Below, piece after piece: positions 27,369 to 35,768 of a stretch of 64,000 nucleotides of DNA. Numbering within the stretch: the stretch's first letter is position 1; each line of letters opens with the position of its first letter. The DNA is taken from positions 64,135 to 128,134 of the forward strand of contig CAZBLE010000002.1 in NCBI GenBank assembly GCA_964492735.1, given 5' to 3'. The notes below the pieces were generated by a model. It searched no databases. It saw nothing but the letters and a program-made list of their open reading frames with translations, and was not told where the DNA came from. The translations under genes and the position numbers were made by a program. Source of the stretch: an uncultured Gammaproteobacteria bacterium. GTDB taxonomy: Bacteria; Patescibacteriota; Patescibacteriia; UBA9570; XYC2-FULL-38-9.

Positions 27369-27947
27369 TTATAATTCTTCAACAGCAATTTTGCCGTTTT
27401 TGCTATAGGTTGCCTTTGGAAGAAAGACTGTTAAAATGCCATTTTCCAGAGTTGCGCGGACCTTATCATATTGAATATCAACGGGCAAGATAATGGTTCG
27501 GGAGAAGCCTCCCCAGTAGCATTCTTGAACAAAAAAGTCATCGTCTGCAATATGCGCAAATTGTGGTTTTCGGACGCCCTTGATCGTGATCATGTCGCCG
27601 TTCATGTCGATATCGAGGTCTTCTTTTTTGACACCAGCAACGGTTGAGGTAATAACAACTTCCTGATCAGTTTGAAACACATCAACAGCAAGTTCACCAT
27701 CGTAGGAAATAGGGTCTTCTTTAAGCCAGGTTTCATCAACATCTTTCCCAGAATAGCGAGGGGCGATGTTGGTTTTTGGGAGATGAGCTGATGTTTCGCG
27801 AATTAAGTCTTCAGCATCACGTTCAGCATTTGGATGAAAAGGGGTATCAAGCCCGCCAAATTCACGTCGAAAAAAGTCTTCAGTATATTGAACTTCTTTG
27901 GCGTCGAGCTCTTCCATGTTACGAGCTAGGTCATCGAGGGCAGGCAT
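27369..27947 (-). CDS. Hsp20/alpha-crystallin family small heat-shock protein.
   Basis: The alpha-crystallin domain ...DVFQTDQEVVITSTVAGVKKEDLDIDMNGDMITIKG...GFSRTIILPVDIQYDKVRATLENGILTVFLPKA. I reassigned the start to ATG 27947, downstream of a consensus promoter. The ORF-track start at 28013 is a TTG that lies inside the -35 element. Confidence 0.75.
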   Translation of the reverse strand: MPALDDLARNMEELDAKEVQYTEDFFRREFGGLDTPFHPNAERDAEDLIRETSAHLPKTNIAPRYSGKDVDETWLKEDPISYDGELAVDVFQTDQEVVITSTVAGVKKEDLDIDMNGDMITIKGVRKPQFAHIADDDFFVQECYWGGFSRTIILPVDIQYDKVRATLENGILTVFLPKATYSKNGKIAVEEL

Positions 27948-27984
27948 ATCTTTTATTTGAGTTTGTGGGTCAGTTTCGGATTCA

Positions 27985-28013
27985 ATTATACTGATTTTTT
28001 TAAAATGATGCAA
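27985..28013 (-). promoter_or_regulatory. Near-consensus sigma70 promoter for hsp20.
   Basis: On the minus strand: TTGCAT (28013-28008), a 17-nt spacer, then TATAAT (27990-27985). Confidence 0.55.
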
Positions 28014-28015
28014 CG

Positions 28016-28045
28016 AAAAAGCCGTCTAGAAAGACGACTTTTTGT
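28016..28045 (-). terminator. Intrinsic terminator after tRNA-Glu.
   Basis: Stem CGTCT/AGACG with loop AGAA, flanked by A and T runs. It also reads as a terminator on the plus strand. Confidence 0.55.
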
Positions 28046-28048
28046 TCT

Positions 28049-28123
28049 TGGTACTCGCAAGGGGAATCGAACCCCTATTGCTAGGATGAAAACCTAGTGT
28101 CCTAACCATTAGACGATGCGAGC
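28049..28123 (-). tRNA. tRNA-Glu(TTC): tRNA-Glu (anticodon UUC), with encoded CCA.
   Basis: The reverse complement reads GCTCGCATCGTCTAATGGTTAGGACACTAGGTTTTCATCCTAGCAATAGGGGTTCGATTCCCCTTGCGAGTACCA, with anticodon loop TTTTCAT. Confidence 0.85.
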
Positions 28124-28211
28124 AGATGCAGAATGTAGCCCGCGTAGTATAAAACCGACTTGCACTTCTGTCAATCCTGCTGTAGGCTAGCGGCGCACAA
28201 GGAGGTGCATC

Positions 28212-28307
28212 ATGAGATTGTGTAACGCCGCACGTTTTGCGGCTATCCTCGCGATTTTGGGGGCGATTCGGATCGCCTCCCGGCTTGACGAGACATTTAG
28301 AGGCTAA
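28212..28307 (+). CDS. Candidate 31-aa hydrophobic peptide (MRLCNAARFAAILAILGAIRIASRLDETFRG) with a perfect SD. Possibly a type-I-toxin-like or small membrane protein.
   Basis: AAGGAGGT at 28199-28206 lies 5 nt upstream of the ATG. It has its own candidate promoter (TTGCAC-17-TAGGCT, 28160-28188) and its own terminator. It sits in a GC-rich islet right beside tRNA-Glu. Confidence 0.3.
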   Translation: MRLCNAARFAAILAILGAIRIASRLDETFRG

Positions 28308-28339
28308 CCATGGCCCCTTGTGTCTCGTCGCTCGTTTTT
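28287..28339 (+). terminator. Hairpin plus T-run terminator that encloses the stop codon of the 31-codon ORF.
   Basis: GACGAGACA (28287-28295) pairs with TGTCTCGTC (28321-28329), then GCTCGTTTTTC. Confidence 0.45.
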
Positions 28340-28419
28340 CCTTATAAAATCCACCTCTTGAAAAGAGCCTTCGATTGTGCTATACTCTTGGTCTAAATCT
28401 AATACTATTCATTTTATTT

Positions 28420-29250
28420 ATGGTTAAAGACTACCCACATCCAATTGTGTACATCTCAGATTGCCGAGATGATAATACACGTGGTCGGCTACAAGCGCGT
28501 GTTGCAACATTATTTCATGATAGTCACATCACATTTGTTGGTGTGCATGATGATATCGAAGCTGCAATCAACCTTGTTGATATGATCGATGCATACGACG
28601 GTAAGCCAGGCGTTATCCTTGCAAACGTTGCTCGTCGCGAAGGTCATGCGAAAAAATGGCCAAATGGTACTCCATTCGGACATTTCCGTATTGGTGAATT
28701 AGATATTTTTACAACTATCGACGGGTACATTTTAAGTCTCGTTCAAAAATTATTAGATCATGACATCAGTGTTGATGTATATGATATCCCATCTGTCGTG
28801 CCACACATGCAAGGTCTTGATCCAGAAACGCAAGAACGCATTATTCATACGCAATTCCGCAGTTTTGACTACTTACCACGCCTTGCAGCACACATTATGG
28901 CTGGTGAAAAACTGCCAAAAACAGATACATTTACTCAAGTTCCACTGATTCCAAACGCTGTCTGTTGGGTAGATTCATTCGGTAACCTCAAAACAAACAT
29001 TCTTCCAGAAGAAGTTGGCTTTGAAGTTGGTAAGAGTGTTGTGGTTCGCGTTAGTTCAAACAAACAACTCCGTCTCCCATGCTATAACCGTTTGAAAGAC
29101 ATCCCAGATAACACAGTGGCATTCACTGTTGGGTCATCTGGTATGAACCAAAAACGCTTTCTCGAAATCATGCAACAAGGAAAGAGTGCAGCGTATACTC
29201 TTGGAATGGGCTCAGGCACATTAATTGAGTACGTTGAGACAGTTGATTAA
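28420..29250 (+). CDS. SAM hydroxide adenosyltransferase-like (DUF62) family protein, tentative.
   Basis: A two-domain layout with ...PIVYISDCRDDNTRGRLQARV... and ...GHFRIGELDIFTTIDGYIL... resembling the DUF62 N-terminal domain. I place the start at ATG 28420. Confidence 0.35.
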   Translation: MVKDYPHPIVYISDCRDDNTRGRLQARVATLFHDSHITFVGVHDDIEAAINLVDMIDAYDGKPGVILANVARREGHAKKWPNGTPFGHFRIGELDIFTTIDGYILSLVQKLLDHDISVDVYDIPSVVPHMQGLDPETQERIIHTQFRSFDYLPRLAAHIMAGEKLPKTDTFTQVPLIPNAVCWVDSFGNLKTNILPEEVGFEVGKSVVVRVSSNKQLRLPCYNRLKDIPDNTVAFTVGSSGMNQKRFLEIMQQGKSAAYTLGMGSGTLIEYVETVD

Positions 29251-29256
29251 GCACCA

Positions 29257-30297
29257 ATGGAATCAGTATTGATTCTCGGAATTGAAAGCTCGTTCGACGA
29301 CACCGGTGTGTCAGTTGTGCGAGCTTTTTCTGATGGGCAATTTGAGATTCTTTCAAATGAGCTGGCACTGCAAGACCATGTGAAAACTGGTGGTGCTGTG
29401 CCAGAGCTCGCAGCGCGGCGTCATGGAGAGAATATTGTGCCGACGATCCAACGTGCCTTGTCGGAAGCTGCTGCAGCGCCCGCGGATATTGATGTGATTG
29501 CAGTGACAACGACTCCTGGAATGATTGCCTGTTTGCAAGTCGGTATTGAAACGGCTAGAACACTGGCGGTGAGTTGGAGCAAGCCATTGATTGGCGTGCA
29601 TCACATGAAGGCGCATATTGCGAGTACATTCGCGGAACACCCGCACGTCGCATTTCCAGCAGTGGTGTTGCTTGCGAGTGGTGCGCATACGATGTTGGTC
29701 AGAATGGATTCAGCAGAGCAGTATGTGCTGCTTGGGCAAACACGCGATGATGCGGCAGGAGAAGCGTTTGATAAAATTGCACGAATGCTCGGACTGCCAT
29801 ATCCAGGTGGCCCAGAAATTGCGCGTATTGCAGAGGGTGGCGATGCTACGGCCTTTGCTTTTCCACGGCCAATGCTTCGTGAGTCAGGATTTGAGTTTTC
29901 ATTTGCGGGCTTAAAAACCGCTATTTTATATACTATTCGTGATCTCGGTGGTATTGATGCATTAACAGAACAGCAGCGCGCTGATCTCGCAGCAAGCGCA
30001 CAGCAGGCGATTATTGACGTGCTTGTGCAAAAAACCATACGAGCAGTCAAACAAGAGCATGCACAGACAGTGATTCTCGGGGGAGGAGTGTCAGCAAATG
30101 TTGCGCTGCGTGGCCAATTAGAAACAGCTGTTGCTGGAGTAGGTCAGGATTGTGTATTGATTGTACCGTCTCCTGGATTATTTACAGATAACGGCGCGAT
30201 GATTGCAATTGCGGCAGCTTCACGCGCATTGCGAAAAGAATATGATGATCCATTTTCATTGACCCCAGCAGCACGTACGCCGATTGATCAGGGGTGA
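29257..30297 (+). CDS. tsaD: tRNA N6-adenosine threonylcarbamoyltransferase TsaD (Kae1/YgjD family).
   Basis: LILGIESSFDDTGVSVV... at the N-terminus, a metal-binding HxxxH region (HHMKAHIAS) and the conserved C-terminal ...GGGVSANVALR. Confidence 0.9.
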   Translation: MESVLILGIESSFDDTGVSVVRAFSDGQFEILSNELALQDHVKTGGAVPELAARRHGENIVPTIQRALSEAAAAPADIDVIAVTTTPGMIACLQVGIETARTLAVSWSKPLIGVHHMKAHIASTFAEHPHVAFPAVVLLASGAHTMLVRMDSAEQYVLLGQTRDDAAGEAFDKIARMLGLPYPGGPEIARIAEGGDATAFAFPRPMLRESGFEFSFAGLKTAILYTIRDLGGIDALTEQQRADLAASAQQAIIDVLVQKTIRAVKQEHAQTVILGGGVSANVALRGQLETAVAGVGQDCVLIVPSPGLFTDNGAMIAIAAASRALRKEYDDPFSLTPAARTPIDQG

Positions 30298-30321
30298 TCG
30301 CCACGGCAATATTAATCAAAC

Positions 30322-30352
30322 AAAAAACCCGCTACTGTGAGCGGGTTTTTTT
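30322..30352. terminator. Bidirectional intrinsic terminator between tsaD and the DsbA-like gene.
   Basis: AAAAAACCCGCTACTGTGAGCGGGTTTTTTT. Confidence 0.75.
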
Positions 30353-30365
30353 AGACTTTAGATTC

Positions 30366-31160
30366 TTATTTTAGCAAGTTATCAAGTGTTGATTTCACTT
30401 GTGCAACTGGAAGTGCTCCTGGGATACTACCAACGATTGTTCCTTTCTTGTCAACAATGACAGAGAATGGAGTGCCGGTTGCGCCAAGACTTTGTGCCAA
30501 TGCTGCGTCTGCATCAACAGTACTTTCTGTTTTTTTGTTGTTTACGCAATCTGCAAATTTATCTTTATTCAAACCAAGTTTTTCTGCTGCTGCGATATGT
30601 TGATCCGCAGTGAGGTTTGTTGCTTGATTTGTGAAATGGTCATCAATAAATTCCCAGAATTTTCCTTGTTCAGCTGCACATTCAGATGCGATTGCCGCTC
30701 CTTGTGCTCCTGGATGAATACTGAGAGGGAAGTGCATGAATGCAACGCCAACTTTTCCGTCGTAGTCTTTAATGACTTGTTCAACAGTTGGGTGGAATTG
30801 TTTACAGAATGGGCAATCAAGGTCAGAGAACTCAATCAATGTTAAGTCACCTTTTCCAGTAATGTTGCGTACTTTTTTCATATCAACACTACCAGTCACA
30901 GTTGTGCCTGCCGCTGCGTTTGTGTTTGCATTCGCATTGGCTTTCACAGTTGTGCCTGTTCCTGCTGCTGTTCCGCCGCCGATTTCAGCGCCGCTAAGCA
31001 ATAAGTAGAGCATGAGTGCAAACCCAATGATTGCGATAACTGCTGTTGCTGAAACGATACCAGCCCAAAACGCAAATTTTGGAGGCATAGCGTCAAAGAG
31101 GCCTTGTTTTTTTGTTGAGGACACTTCTGGTGTACTCATTAATGGTTTTTGTTCTTCCAT
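30366..31160 (-). CDS. DsbA-family thiol:disulfide oxidoreductase with an N-terminal TM anchor.
   Basis: A CPFC active site (DLDCPFCKQFHP), a thioredoxin fold and the cis-Pro region. It has an N-terminal TM helix and an Ala/Gly/Thr/Asn-rich linker. Confidence 0.75.
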   Translation of the reverse strand: MEEQKPLMSTPEVSSTKKQGLFDAMPPKFAFWAGIVSATAVIAIIGFALMLYLLLSGAEIGGGTAAGTGTTVKANANANTNAAAGTTVTGSVDMKKVRNITGKGDLTLIEFSDLDCPFCKQFHPTVEQVIKDYDGKVGVAFMHFPLSIHPGAQGAAIASECAAEQGKFWEFIDDHFTNQATNLTADQHIAAAEKLGLNKDKFADCVNNKKTESTVDADAALAQSLGATGTPFSVIVDKKGTIVGSIPGALPVAQVKSTLDNLLK

Positions 31161-31234
31161 AATGAAGTGACAAGCTTAATAAATTATGATCACCTATAGA
31201 GGATAGTTGATTTTACGAAAAGGGTCAAACGACA

Positions 31235-31807
31235 TTAACTACACTGTCCAGATTGTTTGGTGGTATGACTTTGTTTTGGGAGGTCACGAGATTGAATATC
31301 GCGAGACTGAATCCGAAATTGTTGGTCGCAGCTTTCTATTGAGTCAACAAAGAAAAATGATTGCACACGTGCCATGACAGGTGTTTGAATGAATAATGAT
31401 AGGGCAGCTGCAGCGCCAATAAAAAAAGCAAATTGATGTTGCTTAATGTAATCGCGAGCAGACTTGAGTGTTTTTGCATCAATGTTTTCAAGTAGGTTGG
31501 CAAAATGGCCAATCGCGAGTGGGCCGTATTGTTTTTTGAGGTCAGTGAACATTTGTTTTGTTGCAGTTTCCACAAAGGCATTTTTTGTCACAGCGATTCT
31601 GTAAACACATGTTTTGCCAATCTTTCTTCGGAGAAGGAGTTCTTTTTCGAAGAGATGGGTTATCACGGTGAGAATGGTGTTGTAGGCATAGGGTGTGTCA
31701 CATTCGTGGGTGAGGGTTTCTGCAACCTGACGAACAGTAAATGGTTCGTCTGTGTAGTGTTTCCAGATGTGGTCCATGACCAATTGTTCGAGTTTTCCGA
31801 GTGACAT
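31235..31807 (-). CDS. BlaI/MecI/CopY-family transcriptional repressor with a C-terminal TM-like extension.
   Basis: An N-terminal winged helix LGKLEQLVMDHIWKHYTDEPFTVRQVAETL...YNTILTVITHLFEKELLLRRKIGKTCVYRIAVT. Confidence 0.6.
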   Translation of the reverse strand: MSLGKLEQLVMDHIWKHYTDEPFTVRQVAETLTHECDTPYAYNTILTVITHLFEKELLLRRKIGKTCVYRIAVTKNAFVETATKQMFTDLKKQYGPLAIGHFANLLENIDAKTLKSARDYIKQHQFAFFIGAAAALSLFIQTPVMARVQSFFFVDSIESCDQQFRIQSRDIQSRDLPKQSHTTKQSGQCS

Positions 31808-31865
31808 ATGGCACTAGTATACACCTCTGAAAACTATGCGCAATAGGTGATTGTAGGTGTAGATG

Positions 31866-31914
31866 CAAAAAGACCCCGAACCCCTGCGCGCAAATTGCTG
31901 ACAGGTGTTCGAGG
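31866..31914 (-). terminator. Intrinsic terminator of the 74-aa GC-rich gene.
   Basis: On the minus strand: stem CCTCGAACACCTG/CAGGGGTTCGGGG, then TCTTTTTGC. Confidence 0.5.
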
Positions 31915-31947
31915 CTTTTCCTTCGGCGGCGTGGCCGTCTCGTCCCT

Positions 31948-32172
31948 TCAGGGAACGTAGACGACCTCGACCAGGGCGTCATCCCGCAGCATCTGCTGCG
32001 GCTCTTGTGTCAGGGTCGCAACCCAAGCGCCTTGTCCGCTTTCTTCCATGGTGCAAGGGCTTCCTGCCCCGTTTATGAACTTATAGACTCCAGGCTTTCC
32101 GCTCCGGAAGCGGAAGACCTCCCCGTCCTTCAGGTCTCCGATGTTCGGGCAAACTCTATGCAGGGCCTTCAT
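31948..32172 (-). CDS. Hypothetical 74-aa protein encoded in a GC-rich islet.
   Basis: GGAGG sits 4 nt upstream of ATG 32172. It has its own terminator. The codon usage is GC-rich and unlike its neighbours. The sequence is MKALHRVCPNIGDLKDGEVFRFRSGKPGVYKFINGAGSPCTMEESGQGAWVATLTQEPQQMLRDDALVEVVYVP. Confidence 0.45.
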   Translation of the reverse strand: MKALHRVCPNIGDLKDGEVFRFRSGKPGVYKFINGAGSPCTMEESGQGAWVATLTQEPQQMLRDDALVEVVYVP

Positions 32173-32303
32173 CTTTCCTCCAGCGGTGATGAGCCTAAAA
32201 AAACCCTACAGATTCGCAATAAAAAATGCAAGGACGAGCGCCTCATTTTATTGACCAAGGGTGCTTCCTCAGGTACAGTACAAGGGTCATTTTAGATAAA
32301 AAT

Positions 32304-33284
32304 ATGCAGTATTCTGACCGAATTTACGGAATAATTGAGATCGATGAACCAGTCATTACTGAGCTGGTTGAAAGTGCGCCATTACAGCGTTTGAAAGAAA
32401 TTAACCAATATGGGGCGGCCTTTTTCCGGTTCCCACATTTAACAACCACTCGCTTTGAGCACAGTGTTGGGGTGTACTACATATTAAAAAAACTCAACGC
32501 GCCGATTATTGAACAGATCGCAGGGCTCTTGCACGACGCGCCACACACCGCATTTTCGCATGTGTCGGATGTCGTGTTTGAAGATGCGTCCCAGGCCTTT
32601 CACGATAAGTTCCACGAAAAGATTTTATTTAGTTCAAATATCCCACGGATTTTAAAACGGCATGGATTTTCTGTGTGGAAGCTGCTCAATAAATCGTCCT
32701 TTCATTTAGCAGAAAGTGATTTGCCGGATTTGTGTGCGGACCGGATTGATTATTTTTTCCGTGACTGTGTCACTGACAAGCAGCTTGATTTAGTTGACGC
32801 GCGCAAGATGCTTGATGACATGACAACACACAATGGTGAGATCGTGTTTAAGACAGAAGAAATCGCCAAGCAGTTTGCAACGGTCTATCGCGGTGCAAAT
32901 GAAAAATTGTGGGCGCATCCACTGCAAGCAGCGCTGTATTATTTATTATCATCAGCCATGAAGGTGGCACTCGAAGAAGGCGTGCTGACATTTGATGATT
33001 TATTCACGACTGACCAAGAAGTAGCCGCTAAGATGCGCGCTGCTGGAAACCCAGAGATCGACAAATTTTTACATGACATGGAAAATATTGCGGTCGAGGA
33101 AAATGCGACGTCATATGATTACCACATCCGTCCGAAAATTCGGTTAGTAGATCCGTATGTACTCGTTGATGGTGGTGAGCGTCATGAGCGATTATCTGAG
33201 CTTGATGCTGGATTTCGAGATGCGAATGCTCGGTTTATTGAAGAAAAGTCAAAAGGTTATTATATTAAAGTTCTGAATACCTAA
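32304..33284 (+). CDS. HD-domain phosphohydrolase (COG1078-like).
   Basis: RLKEINQYGAAFFRFPHLTTTRFEHSVGVYY...LLHDAPHTAFSH carries the HD motif. I place the start at ATG 32304. Confidence 0.65.
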   Translation: MQYSDRIYGIIEIDEPVITELVESAPLQRLKEINQYGAAFFRFPHLTTTRFEHSVGVYYILKKLNAPIIEQIAGLLHDAPHTAFSHVSDVVFEDASQAFHDKFHEKILFSSNIPRILKRHGFSVWKLLNKSSFHLAESDLPDLCADRIDYFFRDCVTDKQLDLVDARKMLDDMTTHNGEIVFKTEEIAKQFATVYRGANEKLWAHPLQAALYYLLSSAMKVALEEGVLTFDDLFTTDQEVAAKMRAAGNPEIDKFLHDMENIAVEENATSYDYHIRPKIRLVDPYVLVDGGERHERLSELDAGFRDANARFIEEKSKGYYIKVLNT

Positions 33285-33286
33285 TT

Positions 33287-35764
33287 GTGTTTATGGCAAT
33301 GGAAAAAAACTACAACCCACAAGATTACGAAAACGCAATATACACTGCTTGGAAAGACAGTGGTTTTTTTCATCCAGAGAATGTACCTGGCGCTGAAGGG
33401 CGAGAGCCGTTTGCTGTGATGATGCCGCCGCCAAATGTGACCGGTGTGTTGCATTTAGGACATGCGCTTGAAAATACGTTACTCGACGCTAAGATTCGGT
33501 TTGAACGCATGCGAGGGAAGCGCGCGTTGCTGCTCCCTGGAACAGATCACGCCGCAGTTGCGACGCAGGCGAAAGTCGAAGGCTTATTGAAAACGGGTGA
33601 ATTTGAATGGCCAATTGGAAGTGGACAGTTTGAACAAAGTGATAATCCACGAAAAGAGTTTGGACGCGACGGTTTGCTTGAACGGATTCGTGGGTTTGCC
33701 GAACAATCCAAGTCAACGATTTTGAACCAGATCGAGAAAATGGGAACAAGTGCTGATTGGGATCGGCTCGCGTATACGTTTGATGAACCTCGCAACCGCG
33801 CGGTGAATGAACTGTTTGTGCGGATGTATGAAGATGGGTTGATTTATCGTGGGTATCGCGTGGTGAATTGGTCAGTTGTTGGTCAGTCGACGTGTTCAGA
33901 TGATGAGTTGGTGTATGTGACTCGACCGTCAAAGCTGTATACATTTCGGTATAGCGCTGACTTTCCGATTCCAATTGCGACGACTCGCCCAGAAACAAAG
34001 CTCGGCGACACTGCAGTGGCGGTGCATCCAGAAGGGAAGTGGAAGGAATATATCGGGCAGACGTTTACAGTTCCTGGATTTGGTGGAGATGGTGGTGCTG
34101 ATTTAACTATTCGAGTGATTGGAGATGATGGGATTGATCCAGATTTTGGAACAGGCGCGCTTGGTGTGACAACCGCACATGCGCAGATTGATTATGAAAT
34201 GTATTTGAAGAATCCAGAAATTGGTGTGCAACCAGTCATCGGAAAAGACGGTAAGATGTTGTCGGTTTCCGGAAGTGCCTATGAAGGCTTAACAGTTGAA
34301 GAGTGTCGTGAAGCGATTCTGAAATGGTTGCGTGAGGCAGGGCTCATGATTGCTGAAGAGGAGATTGAGCAAAATGTTGCAACATCGGATCGGTTTAAAG
34401 ATATTGTTGAAGCGATTCCAATGGAGCAGTGGTTTATTAACGTGAACAAGGAAATTCCAGGGCGTGGCAAAACGCTCAAGCAGTTGATGCGTGAAGCGGT
34501 GACTGTCGGTCATGGTGGTGATCCTGCAAAAAAAGTTGAAATTGTTCCGGAGCGCTTTCAAAAAGTGTACGACCATTGGATTGAAGGGCTGCGTGATTGG
34601 AATATTTCTCGGCAAATTTGGTGGGGACATCGGATTCCAGCGTGGCACAAAGATGGTGAGGTGAAAGTCCAAGTTGAGTCTCCGGGGGATGGTTGGCTGC
34701 AAGACGAGGACACGCTCGATACCTGGTTTAGTTCTGGTTCATGGACGTTTAGCACGCTCGGCTGGCCAGAGCAGACAGCTGACATGAAAACGTATCACCA
34801 AGGTGGAACAAGTTGGATGCAGATGGGCCACGAGATTTTGTTTTTCTGGATGGCGCGCATGATTTTGATGACAACGTATGCGCTCGATGATATTCCATTT
34901 AAGCGTGTCTATATTCATGGCATTTTGTGTGACAAAGAAGGGAAGAAGTTTAGTAAGTCGTCAGGCAACGGAATTGATCCGCTCGATGTGATTGCGGAAT
35001 ATGGAACAGATGCGTTGCGGATGTCGCTGATTGAAAATATTACTCCCGGCAATGATGCGCGGTTTTATGAAGACAAGGTCGTGAAGTCACGCAATTTTGT
35101 GACGAAGTTGTGGAATGTTGCGCGGTTTGTAAATGAGCGTGCGCCACAGGATCCTGCAACGATTAATTTTAATGGAGCGTCGTTTACTGATCAGTTAATT
35201 CTCGCGTCACTCAATGAAGTGATTACTGAAGTGACAGCGGATTTAGAAAACGATCGGTTTGGGTTGGTTCCGGCAAAGTTGTATGATTTTGTGTGGAATG
35301 ATTTCGCGGCCTGGTATTTAGAAGAAGCCAAGCGTGATGATGTTGAATGTGTCATGCAGCGATATGTGCTTGCAGAAGTATTGAAATTATTGCACCCAGT
35401 CGCACCGTTTGTGACTGAGGTCATTGCAAAAGAATTGCAGTTGTTTGGAGAAGACATGTTGCTGATTCAAACGTGGCCACAAGGAAATGCTTCATTTACG
35501 TTTACAGATGAAATCACAAATGCACACGAGCATATTGCGCAGCTCTTAAAAGAACGTGAGTTAAAAAAACTCGAAGAAAAGAAAGATCCAAAAGTGGAAG
35601 CAGAAATTGCTGCTCGAAAAAAAGAAGAGCTCGCTCAGGCAATTAGTGTTCTTGAGGGTCGTCTCGCAAATCCGTCATATTCTGAAAAAGCGCCAGCGCA
35701 TTTAGTGCAGCAAACGCGTGATGAACTAGAAGAGAAGAAACGATTATTAGAAGAGCTGGGATAA
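33287..35764 (+). CDS. valS: Valine--tRNA ligase.
   Basis: PPPNVTGVLHLGHA (HIGH motif), KFSKSSGNGIDP (KMSKS motif), the editing-domain region and a C-terminal coiled coil. 825 aa. Confidence 0.9.
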   Translation: MFMAMEKNYNPQDYENAIYTAWKDSGFFHPENVPGAEGREPFAVMMPPPNVTGVLHLGHALENTLLDAKIRFERMRGKRALLLPGTDHAAVATQAKVEGLLKTGEFEWPIGSGQFEQSDNPRKEFGRDGLLERIRGFAEQSKSTILNQIEKMGTSADWDRLAYTFDEPRNRAVNELFVRMYEDGLIYRGYRVVNWSVVGQSTCSDDELVYVTRPSKLYTFRYSADFPIPIATTRPETKLGDTAVAVHPEGKWKEYIGQTFTVPGFGGDGGADLTIRVIGDDGIDPDFGTGALGVTTAHAQIDYEMYLKNPEIGVQPVIGKDGKMLSVSGSAYEGLTVEECREAILKWLREAGLMIAEEEIEQNVATSDRFKDIVEAIPMEQWFINVNKEIPGRGKTLKQLMREAVTVGHGGDPAKKVEIVPERFQKVYDHWIEGLRDWNISRQIWWGHRIPAWHKDGEVKVQVESPGDGWLQDEDTLDTWFSSGSWTFSTLGWPEQTADMKTYHQGGTSWMQMGHEILFFWMARMILMTTYALDDIPFKRVYIHGILCDKEGKKFSKSSGNGIDPLDVIAEYGTDALRMSLIENITPGNDARFYEDKVVKSRNFVTKLWNVARFVNERAPQDPATINFNGASFTDQLILASLNEVITEVTADLENDRFGLVPAKLYDFVWNDFAAWYLEEAKRDDVECVMQRYVLAEVLKLLHPVAPFVTEVIAKELQLFGEDMLLIQTWPQGNASFTFTDEITNAHEHIAQLLKERELKKLEEKKDPKVEAEIAARKKEELAQAISVLEGRLANPSYSEKAPAHLVQQTRDELEEKKRLLEELG

Positions 35765-35768
35765 TTGT

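Noticed and set aside
28011-28013. The TTG start of hsp20 at 28013.
   Set aside because: It coincides with the -35 hexamer of a near-consensus promoter and immediately follows a terminator. ATG 27947 downstream of the promoter is preferred.
29353-30050. Antisense ORFs within tsaD (29353..29688, 29601..30050, 29618..29914).
   Set aside because: The moderately GC-rich region yields spurious open frames. The tsaD homology on the plus strand is unambiguous.
31808-31860. A BlaI/CopY-type operator (TACAnnTGTA) upstream of the BlaI-like repressor.
   Set aside because: Only a loose TACACCT...AGGTGTA inverted repeat with a ~28-nt spacing is present. This is not the canonical 2-nt-spaced box, so no call was made.
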